From Opitutus sp. GAS368 (GTDB taxonomy: Bacteria > Verrucomicrobiota > Verrucomicrobiia > Opitutales > Opitutaceae), in NCBI GenBank assembly GCA_945861645.1, contig CAMAVZ010000005.1, positions 15,200-79,199 of the forward strand: a DNA stretch of 64,000 nucleotides, read 5' to 3'. This document shows, piece by piece, positions 30,423 to 38,619 of this stretch. A model generated the notes under the pieces. The model searched no databases and had not been told where the DNA came from. It was given only the letters and a program-made list of their open reading frames with translations. Both the position numbers and the translations under genes were made by a program. Position 1 is the stretch's first letter, and the number at the start of each line of letters is the position of its first letter.

Positions 30423-31748
30423 ATGGAATTATCTAATCGTTCTGGGGAACCAACCCCCGCCCCAGGACCAGAAAAGGCTGCAGTCGCTGGCGGCCTGATG
30501 CCTCTGCTCGCCGACGCCCGCGAAAAATTAAAAAATAAAGACCTCCCGGCGGCGCTCTCCCTCTATGAATCTATCTTAGCTAACGCCAGCGACCGCAGCG
30601 ATGTGCTCATGACGATATCCGCCGATCTTGGGACCAATGGTTATGTGCAGGAAATCATCGAATTGCTCGCCCCACGTTATGATGTGGAAAAACACGGCGC
30701 GCCGGCGGGCATTAATCTGCTGCAAGCTTACTTAGTCACCCGTAATGCGGAGGCGGCCCAACATCTTCTCGATCTGTTGTTTTCCCTTGGCCGGCCAGAG
30801 TTGGAAGCGCGTTTAGTCGGTTTTTCTAATGCCGTTTCCGAACTTTTTATTAGCGAAACAGAAGCGGAACACACGGCCGAGCCTGGAAAAAAAATTAGCT
30901 TAGTCAGTATAAGTAAGCCCATTTGGTATTATGGAGTCGAAGCCCTCGCGCCCCTCCTCTGGACGCGACCCACGGGAAAGCTCCGCCGCGTCGCCTTCGC
31001 CCAGTGTGCTTTGCTGGGATTGGAAAATTCTGCCGGCAGCGCCGTCCAATCAGAAAACCTTACTGGTCAACTTTGCCGCGGGCTGCCTTTGTGGCTGGCA
31101 GAAACTTTTAGTTATAGTGCTGGTTATGCCCCCGTCGCCGCGATTGGCACCTTCGGCGATCATTACGCTGTTTTTCCAATGGAGTGGACGGCTGAAAACT
31201 TGCGGCAACTCAACGATAGCACCGAAGGCGGCCTTGATTATGTGGTTACAGGTACTTTGCGTAACCGGAACGATGATTTCGAATTAAGTATGCGGATTTG
31301 GGAGGTTAAAAAATTTCGAGAACTCAAGACCTTCTCGGCTCGTTGGACGCCCACTTCTGGTGATAGCGCTTTGCTACTACTCCAAGAGCAACTGTGTAGA
31401 TATATGGAATGGACGGCGCTGCCCGCTCCAGCCCAAGAAATTTATTCTATTCCTGCCTCCCCCTTAACTTATATTTTGAGTTTGGGCGCTGCGCTTTCTT
31501 TTTTCCTGAGCGATAAAGGGGTTCTGGCCGCCAGCCGCCGGCCGACCGATCTGACGGCTCTTCTGCGAGCCGCCCAAACAAATCCCGCTAATTCCACGGC
31601 GCAATTTACTCTTATTGCTGGTTTATTACGACTCCCCGACCTTGGCCGCGCGCATGAACCGGCCGCCTTCCTGCACGCGCAGAATTGGCTGACTTCGCCC
31701 GCAGCCCAATCCTGTCAGATTTCCGATCTGCCGGCTAAATTTAATTAA
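30423..31748 (+). CDS. Hypothetical protein (TPR-like N-terminus, alpha/beta C-terminal domain)
   Basis: Long ORF divergent from miaB; helical repeat-like N-half; start estimated. Confidence 0.7.
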   Translation: MELSNRSGEPTPAPGPEKAAVAGGLMPLLADAREKLKNKDLPAALSLYESILANASDRSDVLMTISADLGTNGYVQEIIELLAPRYDVEKHGAPAGINLLQAYLVTRNAEAAQHLLDLLFSLGRPELEARLVGFSNAVSELFISETEAEHTAEPGKKISLVSISKPIWYYGVEALAPLLWTRPTGKLRRVAFAQCALLGLENSAGSAVQSENLTGQLCRGLPLWLAETFSYSAGYAPVAAIGTFGDHYAVFPMEWTAENLRQLNDSTEGGLDYVVTGTLRNRNDDFELSMRIWEVKKFRELKTFSARWTPTSGDSALLLLQEQLCRYMEWTALPAPAQEIYSIPASPLTYILSLGAALSFFLSDKGVLAASRRPTDLTALLRAAQTNPANSTAQFTLIAGLLRLPDLGRAHEPAAFLHAQNWLTSPAAQSCQISDLPAKFN

Positions 31749-31751
31749 GGC

Positions 31752-33257
31752 TTAGGCCTCGAGTTGTGGGCGGGATGCTTCTGGCCAGTCAATATGGTAG
31801 AACTTGCCGCGCGGTTGGTCGGTGCGCTCGTAGGTGTGGGCACCGAAGTAATCGCGTTGCGCCTGGAGTAGATTGGCCGGCAGCCGGGCGGAACGATAGC
31901 TGTCGTAGTAGGAGAGGGCGGAACTGAACGTTGGTGCAGCGACGCCGCATTCGGCGGCGAGCGAGACGACCTTGCGCCAGTTTTCCTGCGCCCGTTTCAC
32001 CATCTTATTAAAATACGGGTCGAGGAGCAGATTCGCGAGATGTGGGTTCCGGGCATAGGCCTCGGTAATCTTTTGCAGGAAAGCGGCGCGGATGATACAG
32101 CCGCCGCGCCAGATCTGGGCGATCTCGCCGAAATTAAGCGTCCAGTTGTATTCCTTCTGCGCGGTGCGCATGAGCTGGAAGCCCTGCGCATAAGAACAGA
32201 TCTTCGAGCAGTAGAGGGCGTCGTGGATCGCCTGCACAAGGGCCTTCTTCGAGCCGCGGTATTTCTTGCTCGGGCCCTGCAAGATCTTCGAGGCGGCAAC
32301 CCGTTCCTCCTTGATGGCAGAGATGCAGCGGGCAAAGACGGACTCGGCGATGGTGGGAGCAGGGACGCCCATGTCGAGCGCGTTGGTCGAGGTCCATTTA
32401 CCGGTGCCTTTCTGGCCGGCGGTATCCAGGACGATGTCGACGAAAGCTTTCTTTTTCGTGAGCGGATCCTTCTGTTTGAGGATGTCGGCCGTGATCTCGA
32501 TGAGGAAGCTGTCGAGCGCGCCGGCGTTCCATTCGGAAAAGATCGCGCCCATTTCAGCCGCCTTGAGGCCGAGTAGGCCCTGCATTAGAGCGTAGGCCTC
32601 ACAGATCATCTGCATGTCACCGTATTCGATGCCGTTGTGGACCATCTTGACGTAGTGGCCCGCGCCGTTCTCGCCGATGTAGGTGGCGCAAGGCACGCCG
32701 CCGATGATGGGCTGGCCGGGCGCAGCACCCGTCAAAGGTTGGCCGGTCTTTGCATCAACCTTCGCGGCGATAGCGTTCCAGATGGGGGCAAGTTCCTTAT
32801 ACGCCGCGGCGTCACCACCGGGCATGAGCGCTGGACCGAAGCGAGCCCCTTCCTCGCCGCCAGACACGCCGGAGCCGATAAACCGAAACCCTTTATCTTT
32901 GAGGGCTTTTTCGCGGCGGATGGTGTCGGTCCAAAGTGCGTTACCGCCGTCGATGATGATGTCGGCGGGTTCGAGCAGCAGCACGAGGCCGTCGATGACG
33001 GCGTCGGTCGCCTTGCCCGCCTGCACGAGAATAATCATTTTGCGCGGCTTAGCCAGGGAGGCGACGAACTCCGGGAGCGTCTTGGTGCCGACCACCCCAC
33101 CGGGCGTGGCAGGATTCTCGGTAACGAATTTATCGGTTTTTTCTACGGTCCGATTAAAGACCGAGATTTGAAAGCCGTGATCTGCGATATTGAGCGCCAA
33201 GTTTTGGCCCATAACAGCTAAACCGATCAATCCGATGTCAGAGTGTTTTTTACTCAT
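31752..33257 (-). CDS. gnd: 6-phosphogluconate dehydrogenase, NADP-dependent, decarboxylating
   Basis: [55 protein letters not shown]. Confidence 0.97.
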   Translation of the reverse strand: MSKKHSDIGLIGLAVMGQNLALNIADHGFQISVFNRTVEKTDKFVTENPATPGGVVGTKTLPEFVASLAKPRKMIILVQAGKATDAVIDGLVLLLEPADIIIDGGNALWTDTIRREKALKDKGFRFIGSGVSGGEEGARFGPALMPGGDAAAYKELAPIWNAIAAKVDAKTGQPLTGAAPGQPIIGGVPCATYIGENGAGHYVKMVHNGIEYGDMQMICEAYALMQGLLGLKAAEMGAIFSEWNAGALDSFLIEITADILKQKDPLTKKKAFVDIVLDTAGQKGTGKWTSTNALDMGVPAPTIAESVFARCISAIKEERVAASKILQGPSKKYRGSKKALVQAIHDALYCSKICSYAQGFQLMRTAQKEYNWTLNFGEIAQIWRGGCIIRAAFLQKITEAYARNPHLANLLLDPYFNKMVKRAQENWRKVVSLAAECGVAAPTFSSALSYYDSYRSARLPANLLQAQRDYFGAHTYERTDQPRGKFYHIDWPEASRPQLEA

Positions 33258-33356
33258 AAGGGCTACATCATTAGTACCGGCCTCCCGAACACCAATCTGA
33301 TTTTCGGCCCGAGGGTGTAATAAAACCAACTGATAGGCCTGATCAGCTGATTAGGA

Positions 33357-33653
33357 CTAAGGCGCCCGTTGCTGTTTGGTGGCGTAGGATCCCGCGCTTG
33401 GAAAAAATGGCGCCACCAAATGAACGATTGGGGTAAGAAATTTGGGTTCATTACGGTTATAGACCCAGGAAAAAAAAACCACCACCCCGACGACAAAGAT
33501 TAAAACCCCCGCAATAACTTTATTCATTTGCAGGATCCGGCGGACGACAAAAATAACAACCAGCACCGCTAAGACGGCGATTCCAACCTTAAGCCAAACC
33601 TCCGAAGGTTGGTTTTTTAGTTTTTCTAAAGCCGTGACTGCAAATAATAACAT
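33357..33653 (-). CDS. Small hypothetical membrane protein
   Basis: 98-aa ORF with two TM helices. Confidence 0.7.
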   Translation of the reverse strand: MLLFAVTALEKLKNQPSEVWLKVGIAVLAVLVVIFVVRRILQMNKVIAGVLIFVVGVVVFFSWVYNRNEPKFLTPIVHLVAPFFPSAGSYATKQQRAP

Positions 33654-33738
33654 CCCTTGACTTTAGCTGGAAAAATGGGGGAGACGAGTCCTTTCTGCAG
33701 AACCGGCAAGGCACCCGCCGGCGTGCGGTCGGCCGCTT

Positions 33739-34623
33739 TTAATGATACCGCGCGGCGCGGCCGAAATAATCAAGCAGCCAAGCCTCTTTCCAAATCCGGA
33801 AACGCCCCTCTGCGGAAATTTTTCCATATTCCTCTCGGTCGGTATGGGGCATTAAATAACCTAACTCTAGATTAATTACCTCCAGATGCTGCTGCTGCTG
33901 CTGACTGTCTTCACTAGGACTAATTTCCCACGCGATCGCTTTTTCCCCCGCCTGTTTTACGCGCTGAGTATGTTGCGTTATTAAGCGGGCTAGACCCCGC
34001 CGCCAGGGGGTGCGCACCACCAGCCAACCCTCCGGATAAAAACCACCAAAAGGAATATAAAGATTATCCGTTACGTAGCGCCGCGTTCCGGTTGTTAAAG
34101 TAGCCAAACTAAAACAAACCGTGATCATATTATTTTCTTGCGGAACGAATAACACGTGGAGCCGGATGGTGTTATCCTTGTTATGATAAACCGAAGTCCG
34201 GAGCCAAATCCCACCCCCAATCTCGGCCTTAAGCGCTTGCTGATGCGTAAACTGATTGTTTCGCAGCCAATCCCGCACGCGGAGTAGGCGTTTTTGCGTC
34301 GGCCATTCATCACCGCTTGTATTAACAATCGCGCGCGGAAAAAGGGGTAACGGGCTTAAGCTGATCGCGCTTATTTTTAGCCAATTAAACCCTGCTTCAC
34401 ATAAAAACCAGGTGAGGAAAAAAAACCCCGCGACGACCCCAACCGGTCGATCGATAAAGTTTACCTGTTCATTTGCTTGGGCCGCCAAAATTGCGAAAAG
34501 AATCCACCGCAACCAACGAATGGGTATCGCTAAAATTGGCGAAGCTAAGCGCTGGTTAACATAATACAGCAAAAGTAAAGTCCCCAGGGCGGGCGTAATA
34601 AAAAAAATAATTTCTTCTGCCAT
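33739..34623 (-). CDS. Hypothetical membrane protein
   Basis: N-terminal TM helices plus soluble domain; directly downstream of dnaN; start estimated. Confidence 0.72.
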   Translation of the reverse strand: MAEEIIFFITPALGTLLLLYYVNQRLASPILAIPIRWLRWILFAILAAQANEQVNFIDRPVGVVAGFFFLTWFLCEAGFNWLKISAISLSPLPLFPRAIVNTSGDEWPTQKRLLRVRDWLRNNQFTHQQALKAEIGGGIWLRTSVYHNKDNTIRLHVLFVPQENNMITVCFSLATLTTGTRRYVTDNLYIPFGGFYPEGWLVVRTPWRRGLARLITQHTQRVKQAGEKAIAWEISPSEDSQQQQQHLEVINLELGYLMPHTDREEYGKISAEGRFRIWKEAWLLDYFGRAARYH

Positions 34624-34707
34624 GATTACAAAAATTCGGTGCACCCGACCCGAGGGTTCGCGTTAAACAGACTTGGTTGTTTCCCCGCCCTCTTTAACGA
34701 AGCCCGC

Positions 34708-35832
34708 TTAACTTAGCCGGACGGGCATAATGACGCAGACAAAGCTCTCTAAGGTTTTAAATACCCCAGGGCTAACCTCGTCTTTAAGCTCAAAAAAGAC
34801 CTCGTCTTTTGTCAGCGCCCTTAAGGGATCCATCACAAACTGCGGGTTAAAGGCTACTTGTAGGTCCACTCCGCTATAAGCGATCGCCATTGATTCATGG
34901 GATTCACCAAAGTCGGGAGAGGCGGCGGTGATTTCTAATAAATTCCGGGAAAGCTTTATTTTAACAGAATTAGATTTTTCGGAGGTAACTAAAGCGGCTC
35001 GATGGACACATTGTAAAAAAAGTTCTCGCTCTAATTTAATCCGCTGGTGGGTTTCTTTAGGAATAACTTGTTGATAATTAGGGTAATTACCCTCTACGAC
35101 TTTAGAAAATAAATAAATACTATCGCTGAGGCCGCTCGTGTCCTTCCCGGTGTCTATTTGGAAGGCGGCGCGGCGTTCATTAAAAGCAATTTTTAGTTTA
35201 TCCCCTTTTCCCAGCAGCCGTAAGAGTTCAGCCACGGTTTTCGCTGGTAAAATAATTGCTCCTGCGCTGGTTGCTGGCACCGCCAGTTCTTTGCTGACCA
35301 AGGCAAGGCGCCGGCCGTCTGTTGCGACCAAGGTTAATTTTTCCTCTTTAAAGTTAAAATAAACCCCATTCAGGATAAACCGCGTTTCATCCGTAGATTG
35401 CGCGTAGGAAACATTGCTGAGCATGGTCGCGATCTCCCCTTGCTCCAGGGTGTAGGTTTTGTCGTCGGTCGAATCGGGTAATTTAGGGAATTCTTCTGCG
35501 CCGATCCCCATAATTCGAAAATTAGAGCCGCCGGAAGCAATTTTAACCTGGTGATTTGCTGTCGAATCGAAAGCGACGTCTACATTGGGTAATTCCCGGA
35601 CTATCGTCGCTAGCCGCTTGACGGGTAAAGTAACCGCGCCGCCTTCTTTTACCTCGGCCTTAATTTTACAACGGATCCCTAAATCTAAATTGGTGGTTGT
35701 AAGCGAAATGCAGTCTTTTTCTGCTTCGATCAAGACGTTGTTTAAAATAGGCATCGCCGCTTTAGACCCAACAACATTGAGAACTTGGGCGAGGCCGTTG
35801 CTAAAATGATCGCGGTTAATCTTAAATTTCAT
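34708..35832 (-). CDS. dnaN: DNA polymerase III beta sliding clamp
   Basis: [48 protein letters not shown]. Confidence 0.97.
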   Translation of the reverse strand: MKFKINRDHFSNGLAQVLNVVGSKAAMPILNNVLIEAEKDCISLTTTNLDLGIRCKIKAEVKEGGAVTLPVKRLATIVRELPNVDVAFDSTANHQVKIASGGSNFRIMGIGAEEFPKLPDSTDDKTYTLEQGEIATMLSNVSYAQSTDETRFILNGVYFNFKEEKLTLVATDGRRLALVSKELAVPATSAGAIILPAKTVAELLRLLGKGDKLKIAFNERRAAFQIDTGKDTSGLSDSIYLFSKVVEGNYPNYQQVIPKETHQRIKLERELFLQCVHRAALVTSEKSNSVKIKLSRNLLEITAASPDFGESHESMAIAYSGVDLQVAFNPQFVMDPLRALTKDEVFFELKDEVSPGVFKTLESFVCVIMPVRLS

Positions 35833-35896
35833 CGGGCAGGAGTCGTTAAAAGGCTTTCAACTAACAAAGGATGATTAGAGCGGTATTCAATAAGGA

Positions 35897-35934
35897 ATTA
35901 TTCGTATTATTATGGGGGGTGAATTTGGTGATAA
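35897..35934 (-). other. Putative oriC basal unwinding element (tandem DnaA-box-like + G/C run + DnaA-trio-like)
   Basis: Minus strand reads TTATCACCA-AATTCACCC-CCC-ATAATAATACGAATAAT pointing toward dnaN; coincides with the apparent GC-skew switch. Confidence 0.7.
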
Positions 35935-36025
35935 CACCTATTTCTCCAGCGAAGCTAAAACAAAAGGGCAGGTGAACCCTATCAGAATAATAGCGAATAA
36001 GACGAGGTTTGTTCACAAAAAATAG

Positions 36026-36943
36026 TTATTCGGAAGTTTCTTGCTTCATCTTCACTATTTTTCGTCGCAGGGCGCGCCTCTGCACATGGCGAACACCTTT
36101 TTGATAGTGGGAAAAAAGACCGTAAAAAATATAGGCTAAAAAAAGAAAGAAAAAGGCAATTTCTTGCAGCCGCCAAATTATTACCCCCCCAATAATTAAC
36201 CCAACAAAAGTACGAAAACGAGCCTTCAACTCCCAATTAATCTGTTTAAAACTGGGATAACGAATAGTGCTGACCATCAAGAAAGAAACGAGAATGAGGA
36301 GTAGAGGTAGCGTAATGGTTAATTGGCGCAGTTCGCGGGCATTAACCACCATGTTGAGCAGTAACAGAACCAAAGAGGCGATGGTCCCCGCGGCCGCCGG
36401 AACAGGGAGGCCTAGAAAATCTTTATTAGACTCAGGATCGCCGCGAAAGAGGAGCGGATTGGTAATGACATTAAAACGCGCTAAGCGGACGGCGCCGCAC
36501 AATAAGTAAACAAAAGCGATGATCCAGCCCAACTCCCGAAACCAGGGGTATTCTTCGCGGGGCGTCAGGATCAAAAAAAACACCATTAAAGCCGGCGCGA
36601 CGCCGAAAGAAACAACATCGGCGAGAGAATCAAATTCAGCGCCAAATAAAGAGGTGCGGCCCCCCATCCGCGCCAAGCGGCCATCTAAAGAATCAAACAC
36701 GACCGCCGCTAAAATAAGCCAGACCGCTTGAGTATAAAGCGCACTTGAGGCGCGTAAGGCATCACCCGCGGCGTGGAGGGCGGCGTAATCACCGGCATCG
36801 GTAATTAACCGAGCCTGAATACAACGGATGATAGCTAAAAAACCACAAAGGAGGTTACCCGCCGTCATCAAGTTCGGCAGAAAGTAAATTCGGCTCGCTT
36901 GGGTAACGTTGTAGGGATTATCGCGTTGTTCGAGGTCAGACAT
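36026..36943 (-). CDS. pssA: CDP-diacylglycerol--serine O-phosphatidyltransferase
   Basis: LPNLMT, FDSLDGRLAR...FGAEFDSLADVVSFGVAP, RLARFN, FLGLPVP, LMVST. Confidence 0.92.
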   Translation of the reverse strand: MSDLEQRDNPYNVTQASRIYFLPNLMTAGNLLCGFLAIIRCIQARLITDAGDYAALHAAGDALRASSALYTQAVWLILAAVVFDSLDGRLARMGGRTSLFGAEFDSLADVVSFGVAPALMVFFLILTPREEYPWFRELGWIIAFVYLLCGAVRLARFNVITNPLLFRGDPESNKDFLGLPVPAAAGTIASLVLLLLNMVVNARELRQLTITLPLLLILVSFLMVSTIRYPSFKQINWELKARFRTFVGLIIGGVIIWRLQEIAFFFLFLAYIFYGLFSHYQKGVRHVQRRALRRKIVKMKQETSE

Positions 36944-36949
36944 GCCGGT

Positions 36950-37300
36950 TTATTTAGTAAGGCTTTCGAGGTACTTCCAAAATTTAGAATCCTGCTCAAC
37001 CAGTTGTTGTTCCGAGACCGGTAATTTCATCCGAAAAAGCCAATCTTCCAGGGAAGATTTATGGAGAATATAAAGCGTGTGTAGGGTGGTCCCCTTCACT
37101 TCGAAATAAAAACGAAATTCGCCCGCCCGGAGACGGTAAAGGCTTTTGCCGCCGCGTTGAAAACAACCGAGTGGCTCTCGTGGATTAGCGAGATCGCGCG
37201 GTTGAATTTGAGAAATAGGCTCAATGGCGGCTAATTGAGCCAGCTTATCCAGGCGATTAAGCTCGCACATGCTTTGCTCAGAAAAAGTTACCTGATACAT
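36950..37300 (-). CDS. RelE/ParE-like protein, no adjacent antitoxin
   Basis: MYQVTFS..S..EL, LYRLRAGEFRFYF RelE-type motif; 116 aa; start at ATG 37300. Confidence 0.7.
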   Translation of the reverse strand: MYQVTFSEQSMCELNRLDKLAQLAAIEPISQIQPRDLANPREPLGCFQRGGKSLYRLRAGEFRFYFEVKGTTLHTLYILHKSSLEDWLFRMKLPVSEQQLVEQDSKFWKYLESLTK

Positions 37301-37386
37301 AAATAAAGAGAGGGGCTGATGAGGCGGGAATACCGGCGATGGTTTTAAGCACAAGGAAGGTGGCCTGAAAAGAAGCGGCGGAACAA

Positions 37387-37565
37387 CGGGATAACTATTG
37401 GGAAAAACGGATGTTATGTCTAGGCAACATCACCGCGATAAAAGGCTGAGGTTTTTAGATAACCTGAGCAAAAAGGACGGGAATGTTACCAGAAAATCAC
37501 CTGAAACAACCAGGCGCGGCGATTACTTGAGGTATTTACCGAGCAATAACAGGGAAGTTATCGCT
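37387..37565. other. Cluster of degenerate DnaA-box-like motifs (possible second half of oriC)
   Basis: CGGGATAAC 37387, CGCGATAAA 37434, TTAGATAAC 37455, GGCGATTAC 37518, AGCAATAAC 37542, GTTATCGCT 37557 in a 270-bp intergenic region. Confidence 0.45.
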
Positions 37566-37571
37566 GGGGGC

Positions 37572-38036
37572 TCAGTTTGCGGCCGATCGATCCAGCAGCG
37601 TGGTCGACCAATCAACCAGTAATTTAATTTCTGCGGGGGTAAGGCGGGCTTCCGGATGAAGCCAGGTATAAGAGGGTAAAGGCATATTATGATGCGTCAC
37701 TTCCTCTGCAATTTCCTCTGCTTTTTTCCCGGCGCGCTTAGCGGAATAAGTTCCAAAGACGGAGAAGTTTAAATGCTGCTTACCCTCATTAACGTGTTTG
37801 GTAAGCCACCAACCTACGGGCTGAATATTGGCATACCAAGGGTAGAACGTGTAATTGGAGTGACAATCGTAACAGGCGCGTTTCAGCAGGGCTAGTACGG
37901 GCGCAGGGACGGGGAGTTGCCGTGTTAGATCGGAAGGGCTCAGCGCGAGGGATTCATTTCTGGCGGGCCGCCAAAACTGCAAAAGGCCCAAGGCTAAGCA
38001 AAAAAGAAGGAAGCACCGGAAAATTATTTTTTTCAT
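37572..38036 (-). CDS. Heme-binding domain protein (Haem_bd, c-type cytochrome-like)
   Basis: N-terminal anchor, ACYDCHSN, PWYANIQP, HLNFS, MPLPSY..LH. Confidence 0.88.
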   Translation of the reverse strand: MKKIIFRCFLLFCLALGLLQFWRPARNESLALSPSDLTRQLPVPAPVLALLKRACYDCHSNYTFYPWYANIQPVGWWLTKHVNEGKQHLNFSVFGTYSAKRAGKKAEEIAEEVTHHNMPLPSYTWLHPEARLTPAEIKLLVDWSTTLLDRSAAN

Positions 38037-38090
38037 AAAAACAAACGACGGGCTCTATAAGTACGCTTAGGAAAAAAATCCAGAGATTTT

Positions 38091-38585
38091 TTAAGGGGAA
38101 GACCAACGCACGAGGGGTTGATGCCCGGCGACATAAAGCGGATGACGGGGATGACCAGCTCGCGTAGAGCCAAGGCACCATAGTTTTTTTCCAACAAATA
38201 AGCGGGCCACGGCCGCCCCGCGTTCACCGAATTCTCCACCTACCCCCCAAGCGGCGACAATTTGGGCGCAGCGCGCGGCGGCAATTAATAATTCAGCATC
38301 GGTTGCCAGACCAATGGGATTAGGAGAGGCCAGCATAACTTTGGGATGAGGTGTCCGCAGGGAAAAAAGATTTGCCATCCAGAAGCCATCAAAGCCCTCG
38401 CGGCGGGAGAAAGCCGCAATGCGCGTTAAGGTGGGATCGAGGCGGGCTTCATCGGCGGTGCTCGGGTTTAAGCCAATCCACAAAATTAATTTTTCCTGCG
38501 GGCCCGGATTCCAGCGATGAATTAAGCGGTAGCGATGCTGTCGATCGGGGGAGAAAAGGCACTCATTTTCCACAGGAACAAACAA
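38091..38585 (-). CDS. DUF1643 domain protein
   Basis: HRYRL..RW, IGLNPSTAD...DPT, NLFSLR, AAWG, GHPRHPLY. Confidence 0.88.
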   Translation of the reverse strand: MFVPVENECLFSPDRQHRYRLIHRWNPGPQEKLILWIGLNPSTADEARLDPTLTRIAAFSRREGFDGFWMANLFSLRTPHPKVMLASPNPIGLATDAELLIAAARCAQIVAAWGVGGEFGERGAAVARLFVGKKLWCLGSTRAGHPRHPLYVAGHQPLVRWSSP

Positions 38586-38619
38586 AGCGAGATTTTAGCG
38601 CGGGGCAAGCGCCCCCCGG

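Noticed and set aside
32040-33221. Long antisense ORFs opposite gnd (also opposite glyQS and his genes)
   Set aside because: Shadow ORFs expected from GC-rich codon usage; no recognisable motifs.
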